Shown: one piece after another, positions 29,656 through 37,545 of the stretch
Numbering within the stretch: position 1 is the stretch's first letter
Layout of the letters: each line of letters begins with the position of its first letter
Source: Thermoanaerobaculia bacterium
GTDB lineage: Bacteria; Acidobacteriota; Thermoanaerobaculia; UBA5066
NCBI GenBank assembly: GCA_963719225.1
Contig: CAVRAY010000001.1
Span: 672,001 to 736,000 of the forward strand
DNA: 64,000 bases
Reading direction: 5' to 3'
Notes under the pieces: model-generated
What the model was told of the DNA's origin: nothing
Database searches by the model: none
Seen by the model: the letters and a program-made list of their open reading frames with translations, nothing else
Position numbers and translations under genes: made by a program

Positions 29656-30438
29656 ATGCCGTCCTCCGATTTCCCGGACGAACGCGAGCTCGTGCCGTAC
29701 GAGACGTCGACGTTCGTCGCGAACCGCGTCGTCGTCTTTGCACCGCATCCGGACGACGAGGTTCTCGGCTGCGGCGGTGCGCTCGCGGACCTCCTCGACC
29801 GCGGCGCCCATCTCGATGTCGTCCTCGTCACGGACGGCGCGGCGGGGGCGGGTGAAGAAAGCGAGCGCGGGAAGATCGCGGCGATGCGCATGGAGGAGTC
29901 CCGCCGGGCCCTCGAATTCCTCGGAGGGGGGATGTTGCATGCGGGCACGTTTCCGGATCGGAGCCTTGGAAACCGGCTCGAAGAGGTGGAGGGGTTCCTC
30001 GCGAAATGGCTTCTGGAGGCCGTGCCGGACCTCGTCTTCGCTCCCTCGCCCGTCGAAACACATCCCGATCATCGCGCCGTCGCCGCTGCCCTCTTCCGAT
30101 TGGCCGCGCGTCCCAAAGACGACGCCGCGGCGCTCGTCCTCGAGGGAGCAAAAGTGGCGTTCTTCGAGCTTTCCCAGCCTTTCCGTCCCAACTTTCTCTT
30201 CGATGCCACCGGCTTTGTCGACCGCAAGGAGCGCGCGATGGGCGCGTTCGCTTCGCAGGCTGCCGTGCGCGACTACGCGGGATTCGTGAGGGGCCTCCAC
30301 GCCTATCGCCGGATGACGCTTTCCGCGGACGTCGCCTCCGTCGAGGCGTACTCCGTTGCAGCCGGCTCGCGGCTGCGGCGCGATCCGGAAGGGGTCATTC
30401 GGGCGCTCCTGCCGGTCGCGCCCGGAAGGGTGGGATAA
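29656..30438 (+). CDS. PIG-L family deacetylase
   Basis: APHPDDEVLGCGG, VTDG, HPDH. Confidence 0.9.
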   Translation: MPSSDFPDERELVPYETSTFVANRVVVFAPHPDDEVLGCGGALADLLDRGAHLDVVLVTDGAAGAGEESERGKIAAMRMEESRRALEFLGGGMLHAGTFPDRSLGNRLEEVEGFLAKWLLEAVPDLVFAPSPVETHPDHRAVAAALFRLAARPKDDAAALVLEGAKVAFFELSQPFRPNFLFDATGFVDRKERAMGAFASQAAVRDYAGFVRGLHAYRRMTLSADVASVEAYSVAAGSRLRRDPEGVIRALLPVAPGRVG

Positions 30439-30539
30439 TGACGTCCGGGACAGGGGACATTCGGCCCCAACGCGGCGGGCAGGGCCTTTGCATTTCTGTC
30501 AGGGGGACGAGGAAGGAAAACTCGTCCGGGAGTCCCAAA

Positions 30540-31694
30540 ATGACCATTTCTTCTTCAACTCGACTTCGTCCGGCCCTGGTCGCCTGTGCCGCGCTTTGCG
30601 CGGCCGCCCTCGTCATTCCCCGAGCCGCGAGCGCGGCAGGACACGGCGGCGGGCGTGGAGGGGGCGGTCATTCAGGCGGCCATTCAGGCAGCCGTTCCTC
30701 GGGCGGTTCCAGCCACACCGGCGGCTCCCACACCTCGGGCCGCGGAAGCGTCGCGTTCCACGGGGGCGGATTTCGGGGCGGCAGCCACGGAGGGGGATTT
30801 CATCGCGGCGGCTCCCGCGTCGGCCGGGGTTGGGGCTACTACCCCTGGGGCTGGGGATGGGGATGGTGGCCCTACTCCTCCTGGTGGTGGGGCGGCCCGA
30901 GCGTCTACGTCGTCGCGGGCGACGGGGACGGCGATGGCTACGGAGACGGCTACGACGACGGCTACGCGGGCGTCGCCGCGCGAACCGGACGCTATGCGGC
31001 CGTGAAGACCGACATCTCGCCCGAGGAGGCGCAGGTCTACCTCGACGGCAAGTACATCGGCTCGGCCGACGACTTCGACGGCAGGCCGGACTTTCTCTAT
31101 CTCGGCCCCGGGAAGTACCGCCTCGAGTTCCGTCTGCCGAATTACGCGACCTTCGCGACCGATCTCGACGTCACGAGCGGCCAGCGCGTGCGTCTCGACC
31201 AGAAGCTGAAGCTCGAGCCGGGCAAGAGCACCCTGGACCAGTTCCCGCCCGAATCGAAGGGGACGCCTCTCGGCCGCGTCTTCACGAAGGGCGGACCCGA
31301 GGGGCCCGATGAGGCGGCTCCCGCGCCGCCGCCGCATCGACGCTCCATGCGTCGCGAAAGCCGTGACGATGGCTGGAGCGACCGCAACGCTCCGCCTCCG
31401 GGTGAGCGCGCGGTCTCCGAAGAGCGCATGGACGTCCGCCCCGAGCCCCTGCCGCGAGCCGCGGGGAACCGCGCGCGCATGAGGTTCAAGGTGACGCCCG
31501 AGGACGCCGCGGTCTACGTCGACGACAGGTACCTCGGCGTGAGCGAAGACCTCGGCGCGAACCCGCGAGGGGTCGTCACGGATCCCGGCAAGCACACGAT
31601 CACCGTCACGCGGCCCGGCTACAAGTCGAAGACCGTCGACATCAACGTGCGCATCGGCGCGCCGGTGGACGTCGTCGTGGAGCTCGAGAAGTAA
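30540..31694 (+). CDS. Secreted PEGA-domain protein with Gly/His- and Trp/Gly-rich N-terminus
   Basis: Signal peptide; two PEGA-like units (ISPEEAQVYLDGKYIG, VTPEDAAVYVDDRYLG..PGKHTITV..PGY). Confidence 0.8.
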   Translation: MTISSSTRLRPALVACAALCAAALVIPRAASAAGHGGGRGGGGHSGGHSGSRSSGGSSHTGGSHTSGRGSVAFHGGGFRGGSHGGGFHRGGSRVGRGWGYYPWGWGWGWWPYSSWWWGGPSVYVVAGDGDGDGYGDGYDDGYAGVAARTGRYAAVKTDISPEEAQVYLDGKYIGSADDFDGRPDFLYLGPGKYRLEFRLPNYATFATDLDVTSGQRVRLDQKLKLEPGKSTLDQFPPESKGTPLGRVFTKGGPEGPDEAAPAPPPHRRSMRRESRDDGWSDRNAPPPGERAVSEERMDVRPEPLPRAAGNRARMRFKVTPEDAAVYVDDRYLGVSEDLGANPRGVVTDPGKHTITVTRPGYKSKTVDINVRIGAPVDVVVELEK

Positions 31695-31724
31695 GCTCGG
31701 CAAGAAAACAACTCGTTCGCCATG

Positions 31725-31751
31725 AAGGGCCCGGTTCGCCGGGCCCTTTTT
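31725..31751 (+). terminator. Rho-independent terminator
   Basis: AAGGGCCCGG-TTCG-CCGGGCCC followed by T5. Confidence 0.85.
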
Positions 31752-31859
31752 CTGTTTCACGGTCGAGGTGGAACGTGTCAGACACACGCCTCCGAGACCG
31801 TTCCCGTTCAATTCCCTCTGAACCCGCGTGAAAAGGGCGAATTCCGCACGTTCATGACC

Positions 31860-31875
31860 TGGCCGTGGTCTTGCA
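31860..31875 (+). promoter_or_regulatory. sigma54 promoter candidate for neprosin gene
   Basis: TGGCCG-TGGTC-TTGCA; AGGAGG RBS before ATG 31927. Confidence 0.55.
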
Positions 31876-31926
31876 AATCCCGAAGCGCAACGACGGTTCG
31901 GAAAGTGACGTGGCAGGAGGCGTTCC

Positions 31927-33900
31927 ATGGCGACAGGAAGAATCTCATCGACCCTGACGGCCCTCATCGCGGTTGCCGCGATGACCGCTCTTCCGGCGCT
32001 TCGGGCCGCCGCCGTGAGCGTGGACAGGGACTGGGCGGACGCGTTCGACAGGGCGAAACGGGAGACTCCCGCCTTCGCGGTCGAGTCCGTCGAGGAGTTT
32101 CGAAAGCTGACGGAACATCACGCGAGCCTCCTGTCGGACGGCGTGACCGTCGCCTCGTTCGAGCTCCCGAGCGGGGATCGGATCCAATGTGTCGAGATCT
32201 CGAGCCAGAGGTCCCTCGCGGTTTCGGGGCAGCCCCTCCAGCTCGCTCCCGGCACGCTTCCGGCGGGGGACGCGGTCGCCGCTCCGAGAATGCCGGACGG
32301 CTCGATGGCTCGTCCGGGCTCAGAGTTCGGCCTCGACGGGACGCGGGACGCTGCCGGAAATGAACGGGCCTGCCCGGCGCAGACCTTTCCGAGGCTCACG
32401 CCCCGGCTCGAGAACCTGTACCGCTTTCGGAGCCTCGACGAGCTCTTCCAGAAGATCCCGGGTGGTGGCCCTACGCAGTCGCCGGACGGAAAGGCTCTCA
32501 TCGCCTCGCCCCGGACCTCCCTGGCGGCCACGGTTCACGAATACGCCCACGCCTATCAGTGGGCGAACAACATCGGCATGTCGGCGATCTTCAACCTCTG
32601 GTCGCCGACGGTCGAATCGTTCGGCGAGTTCTCCCTCTCCCAGCTCTGGGTGACGCGCGGCCTGACGTCGGACAACAGCCTCCAGACCGTCGAGACCGGC
32701 TGGCAGAACTTCCAGCAGCTCTACGGAGACTCGAGGTCTCATCTCTTCATCTACTTCACGACGGCCAACTACCAGACCGGAACGGGCTGCTACAACCTCA
32801 CCTGCACCGGCTTCGTCCAGACCGACAGCAGCGTGGTCGTGGGTGGCGGGTTCACGGTCTACAGCGCGCCCGGCGGAACCCAGTACGAGGTTCCGATGAC
32901 GGTCTTCCGCGATGCCTCCGCGCCCCACCACTGGTGGGTGAAGTACAACGACACGTGGGTCGGCTATTACCCGAACTCGCTCTTCGACGCGCAGGGGATC
33001 GCCAATTACAGCGACCACGTCGACTTCGGCGGCGAGATCGTCAACGTCTGGAACGGCGGGCAGCACACGACGACGGACATGGGGAGCGGACGCTTTCCCA
33101 GCGAGGGATACGGCGCCGCCGCCTACACGAAGAAGATGCAGTACTGGGATACGTCGAATGCCCTGTTCAACGCCAGCAACCTGACCCGTGCTGTCACGAA
33201 CGCTTCCTATTACGACCTCTCCCTCGGATCGTCCACCGACGCGACCTGGCTCAAGTACTTCTATTTCGGCGGACCGGGTCGCATCGCGGCATCGACCCCC
33301 GCGGCCCCCACGGCCGCCTTCACGTTCCCCTCGAGCCCGAAAGCCGGCCAGTCGGTTCAGTTCACGGATACCTCGTCGGGCGCGCCGACGTCCTGGTCGT
33401 GGAGCTTCGGCGATGGCGCCACCTCCTCGGCTCAGAACCCCGCCCACACGTTCGGCACAGGTACCTATCATGTCTCCCTGACCGCCTCGAACTCGGGCGG
33501 CTCGAGCACGAAGACGCAGTCCGTCACCGCGACCTCGGCGAGCGCAGCGACAGGTTGCACGGCGGATGCGTACACCATGTGCCTCGTGAACGGCCGCTAC
33601 GGGGTCACGAGCCACTGGAAGAACCAGTACGCGGGTGGAGCAGCCGCGAATCTCTCGAAGACGAAGCTCACGGAGACGACAGGCGCGTTCTGGCTGTCCG
33701 ACGCGAACACGTACGAATACCTGATCAGATTCAACACGGCCACGTCGAACGGCAGGGCGTGGGTCGCGATTCCGACATTCACGGACGTGGAGTTCTGGGT
33801 GGCGGTGACGGACACGGTCAACGGGCAGTACAAGGAGTACCACAGCGCTCCGGGAAATCTCTCCCTGATCTACGACCCCTACTTCTTCGTCTACCCGTAG
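31927..33900 (+). CDS. Secreted neprosin-family glutamic peptidase + PKD + conserved C-terminal domain
   Basis: Signal peptide, propeptide GDRIQCVEISSQ, EFSLSQLW, TVETGW, GCYNLTCTGFVQ, VGYYP, FGGEI, MGSG.FP; PKD (WSWSFGDG). Confidence 0.85.
   Translation: MATGRISSTLTALIAVAAMTALPALRAAAVSVDRDWADAFDRAKRETPAFAVESVEEFRKLTEHHASLLSDGVTVASFELPSGDRIQCVEISSQRSLAVSGQPLQLAPGTLPAGDAVAAPRMPDGSMARPGSEFGLDGTRDAAGNERACPAQTFPRLTPRLENLYRFRSLDELFQKIPGGGPTQSPDGKALIASPRTSLAATVHEYAHAYQWANNIGMSAIFNLWSPTVESFGEFSLSQLWVTRGLTSDNSLQTVETGWQNFQQLYGDSRSHLFIYFTTANYQTGTGCYNLTCTGFVQTDSSVVVGGGFTVYSAPGGTQYEVPMTVFRDASAPHHWWVKYNDTWVGYYPNSLFDAQGIANYSDHVDFGGEIVNVWNGGQHTTTDMGSGRFPSEGYGAAAYTKKMQYWDTSNALFNASNLTRAVTNASYYDLSLGSSTDATWLKYFYFGGPGRIAASTPAAPTAAFTFPSSPKAGQSVQFTDTSSGAPTSWSWSFGDGATSSAQNPAHTFGTGTYHVSLTASNSGGSSTKTQSVTATSASAATGCTADAYTMCLVNGRYGVTSHWKNQYAGGAAANLSKTKLTETTGAFWLSDANTYEYLIRFNTATSNGRAWVAIPTFTDVEFWVAVTDTVNGQYKEYHSAPGNLSLIYDPYFFVYP
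33556..33900 (+). repeat. Shared 114-aa C-terminal domain, copy 1
   Basis: Ungapped match to 34838-35182; 90/114 identical residues by manual count. Confidence 0.95.
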
Positions 33901-33965
33901 CTCTTCCTGGGAATCGGCCGCGAGGCACGACTCCTCGAGAAACAGGCTTCATCCAAGGTCGCTTG

Positions 33966-33997
33966 TCATCAGGGCCCGGGAAACCGGGTCCTGATGA
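33966..33997. terminator. 14-bp GAAA-tetraloop hairpin
   Basis: TCATCAGGGCCCGG-GAAA-CCGGGTCCTGATGA; no U-tract. Confidence 0.5.
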
Positions 33998-34189
33998 TGC
34001 ATCTGCATGTCTCTCGCGGCCGTTTTCGGCTCGGGACTTGCGGTGCACCCTCGATATCAGCATTTGTGTGGAGATGAGACCGTTTTTTGTCTCCTTCGAC
34101 GGGAGTCTTCGCCGCGAATTCGTCGCGGTGTTTCGACTCGAAGGAATCCTCTCTTGTCTCGGGCGCCTGGCGCCGGAAGGACATCAGTC

Positions 34190-35182
34190 ATGAAGCAGCT
34201 CGAATTCGTTCTTGCGCGGAGCCTCGTCGTTGCTGCCCTGTGTCTCACCGTGGGGTTCGCGAAATCCGGTCGTGCGGAAGAAACGACGAGTGGAACCGGC
34301 AGGGTTTCGGATTCGAGCGCGATCAAGATCGCTCCCGGGTCTCCGGGAACGTCGGTCACGGACGCTCCGGAAGGGCAGAGTTCTGACGCGCCTTTGCCTG
34401 GGCCGGCTGCCGGCCGTGCGGCCCTCAACCAGACTGGTTGCACGATCTGTCTCGGGGGCTTCGGGTCCATTCAGTGGACTGGGGCGAGCGGCTCTTTCCA
34501 CGTCGATACCATCAACAACTACCGGAGCTCCGGCACGAGCGGCTCCCTCGACATGAGGGTGGCCCTCACGAGCGCCTTTCCCGTCTACGGGCAAACGCTG
34601 ACGTACTACTCGCTCTCGGATCTGATGTCGCTCAACCCGCTGCAGGCCGGCTACCAGTACTCGAACCTCAACTCCGGCACCGTCACCTACCACGGAAGCT
34701 CCATTCCGGCGGGCCAGTACTGGGCGCTCCTCTTCTTGCGGGAGTATCAGGGCGGAGGCTCCTACCAGTACACGGACTGGATCGTCATGGACGACCGGGT
34801 CACGTGCAATGGCTCCGGATGCTCCGTCGTCACGGCCTGCACCGAGGATGCCTACACGATGTGCCTCATCGGAGGGCGATACCGCGTCACGAGCCATTGG
34901 AGGAATCAGTACGCGGGCGGAGCGACGGCGAATCTTTCAAAAGCGAAGCTGACGGACGCGACCGGCGCTTTTTGGATCGCGAACGCGAGCACCTACGAGT
35001 ACGTGATTCGTATCCAGGCAGGGCAATTCAACGGACGGTCGTGGATCGCGATTCCAACGTTCACGGACGTCGAGTTCTGGGTGGCGGTCACGGACACCGT
35101 CAACGGGCAGTCCAAGGAGTATCACAGCGCTCCGGGGAACCTCTCGCTGATCTACGACCCGTTCTTCTTCGTTTACCCGTAA
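34190..35182 (+). CDS. Secreted protein: Ig-like domain + conserved C-terminal domain
   Basis: Signal peptide, Ser/Pro linker, beta-rich domain with Cys pairs, shared C-terminal domain. Confidence 0.8.
   Translation: MKQLEFVLARSLVVAALCLTVGFAKSGRAEETTSGTGRVSDSSAIKIAPGSPGTSVTDAPEGQSSDAPLPGPAAGRAALNQTGCTICLGGFGSIQWTGASGSFHVDTINNYRSSGTSGSLDMRVALTSAFPVYGQTLTYYSLSDLMSLNPLQAGYQYSNLNSGTVTYHGSSIPAGQYWALLFLREYQGGGSYQYTDWIVMDDRVTCNGSGCSVVTACTEDAYTMCLIGGRYRVTSHWRNQYAGGATANLSKAKLTDATGAFWIANASTYEYVIRIQAGQFNGRSWIAIPTFTDVEFWVAVTDTVNGQSKEYHSAPGNLSLIYDPFFFVYP
34838..35182 (+). repeat. Shared 114-aa C-terminal domain, copy 2
   Basis: See copy 1. Confidence 0.95.
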
Positions 35183-35252
35183 GCCTGTCGGAACAGTCGA
35201 CCCTCTGCCTCTTCCTCGGGCGGACGAACACGTCCACCGGAGACCCGGTAAC

Positions 35253-35990
35253 ATGGATTCCACGATGTGGAATCCTCTGAAGGAGTTGAGGAAGACCCGC
35301 AGCCGCGTCGTCGACGAACACTTCGTGCCTGGCCGGGACGACGACCTTCATGATGCGATCCGGACCGGCGACGCGAATGCAGTCCATCACCTGATCCGGT
35401 ACGAATGGGCCGCACGGTGCCTCGTCGACTGGCCGGTCAGGACGATCCTGGACCTGGCGACGGGATCGGGCTACGGAGCTCATGAGCTCGCGGATCGCTC
35501 GCCGTCGACGAGAGTGACCGGAGTCGACTACGACACAGATGCCATCAAGAGGGCGCGGGCGAGGTACTCCCTGCCGAACCTGGAGTACCGCGCGGGGGAC
35601 GCGACATGCTGGACCGAGACGATCGGCCCGGACACGTTCGACGCGATCGTGAGCTTCGACATGATCGAGCACGTCGTGCACCGCGAGATCATGATGGAGG
35701 GTGTCGTGCGCCACCTCGCGCCGGGTGGGACGCTGTTGCTGTCCACCCCCTGTGGACATCTGGAAACGGTCTTGAGACCGGAGTGGGTTCACCATCGCAT
35801 CGAGTATTCGGCCGCGAGTCTGTATGACTTTCTCCGGCGGTACTTCGCGGTCATCGTCAGACCCGAGGACCCGGAGTTTCCGCATCGCGATGTATTCGAT
35901 CTTCTCGCCGAGGGACCGGTCACCTATTTCCTGAAGATGAACCCCGTCGTGTGCCGCGGGCCGATCCTCATCGAGAACCCTTATCGGTGA
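35253..35990 (+). CDS. Class I SAM-dependent methyltransferase
   Basis: HLIRYEWA, ILDLATGSGYG, VTGVD, SFDMIEHV, LLLSTP. Confidence 0.9.
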   Translation: MDSTMWNPLKELRKTRSRVVDEHFVPGRDDDLHDAIRTGDANAVHHLIRYEWAARCLVDWPVRTILDLATGSGYGAHELADRSPSTRVTGVDYDTDAIKRARARYSLPNLEYRAGDATCWTETIGPDTFDAIVSFDMIEHVVHREIMMEGVVRHLAPGGTLLLSTPCGHLETVLRPEWVHHRIEYSAASLYDFLRRYFAVIVRPEDPEFPHRDVFDLLAEGPVTYFLKMNPVVCRGPILIENPYR

Positions 35991-35994
35991 AGAT

Positions 35995-37528
35995 TTGACC
36001 GCCGATGGGCTCCGTGAGGAGCCGAACAACCGCCTCCCGCCGTTGCTTCTCGCGGTGCTCGCAACGCTGGGAGCGCTTCCGGTCGTTCGATCGCTTCTCG
36101 TCTCCGACCTGAGCTGGTGCTATCCCTATGTCACGTCCGACTCGTACGACTGGATCGCGAACGGGCTCTATTGGGCGGGGGAGAACGTCGGAGCCTCCTG
36201 GCGTCCGCCGGGCCTGCCACTTGTCATCGCCATGCTCTTCAAGACGGGACTCCTGGCCTGGCTCCCGGTCGTAAACACCCTCGTCCTCGGCCTGACAACG
36301 GCGGCGCTCTATCTCTTGCTGCGGGAGAGGCACAGCGCGTGGATCTCCGCATGCGCCTCGTGGTTCTTCTTTGCGAACGACTACGTTCAGGACCTCACGA
36401 AGTACCTTCTCGCAGACATCTATTGCACGCTCTTTATCGTTCTGGCCGCTCTTTTCTTCGTGCGCGCCGCCCGGGAGCCACGCCACTACCGGACTTCGGC
36501 CCTCCTTCTCGGCGTAGGGTTCCTCTTCCACAGCGCGACGGTCGTCGCTGGAATCGGGTTCGCCGCCGCTGTCGTTCTGACGCGTCGAACCGATCTCCGG
36601 CGACGCGAGATCTGGCAGGGCCTTGGCGGCGCCGCATTTCTTGCGGGAGGGTGGGCGGTCGCGCGCGGTTTGCACTATCACTTCCATCCGACCGCTCCTC
36701 GGCACGGCGTCGAGGACCTTCTCTATCTTTCCGCGGCGAACCTCCGGTTCTATGCGATCGCGGCCCCCGCACTCCTCGGGCTTGCAATCCTTCCTCTTTA
36801 CGGGGCTGGCTTCCTGAGGCTCGTGACGCGGGACTACCCGGATCGTGCGTGGCGATCCTCGGTTGTCGCTCCCTTTGCCGCTCTCTTGGTCTTCTGGCTC
36901 TTCTTCTACGATTGGGGTGACAAACGCTTCCTCTACTACCTCTTTCCCTTCTGCATCTGTTTCCTCGCGGAGGGACTCGATGCTCTTGTCGCCTGGGCAC
37001 GCCGCGGACGCCTGGCGGCACTGCTCGCGTGCGTGTACGTTGCGGTGGCCGTACTCTGGAACCAGATTCGATATCCGAGCTATGGGGTCCAGTATCTGGC
37101 GCTGACGCCTCAGGACTTTCTCGAGGCGTCGGTCATCGAGATCCCCGCACCCAAGGGAAAGGTGGTCTATCGCCTCGCGGGAGCGCGGATCGTGCGACTT
37201 CACGGTTCATTTCTCGCGAGCTTCTCGAGGAGTCTCTTCGACGTCCGTATCCATCCCGCCGAGTGTTCCGTGCCAGTGCCCTCGCCGGCCTGCCTCGTCG
37301 CCCTCAAGGCGGACGTGGATCACCTGTTCGGTCTCGGCGAGGCAGTAGGCTTTTCGCCTCCCGGTTCGCCAGATGTTCGCGCGTCGAGCGCGGGGCGTCT
37401 GGGTGACATCCTCGGTCGCCGCGTCGTGTCCCCGGCCGAGGCGCGCCTCGCGCTGATCGGACGGGGCACGTCATTAAAGCCTCCCCTCGCCACGTGCGGT
37501 CCGTACGCCCTCGTTCCGGACGCGCTGA
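35995..37528 (+). CDS. Polytopic membrane protein, GT-C (ArnT/PMT-like) fold candidate; appears fused to next gene
   Basis: DSYDW..NG, RPPGLPL, ~11 hydrophobic segments, RFLYYLFP. End inferred from an out-of-frame TGA at 37526-37528. Confidence 0.55.
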
Positions 37529-37545
37529 CCGTACAATTCCGGGGT

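Noticed and set aside
30640-30965. Short GGC/TGG-rich repeats
   Set aside because: Low-complexity coding sequence (Gly/His/Ser and Trp/Gly) of the PEGA protein; no repeat-spacer periodicity, so not CRISPR.
33556-35182. Diversity-generating retroelement (TR/VR pair) as explanation of the 345-nt repeat
   Set aside because: Differences include many G/C synonymous changes rather than adenine-only changes, both copies are in-frame gene ends, and no reverse transcriptase is present.
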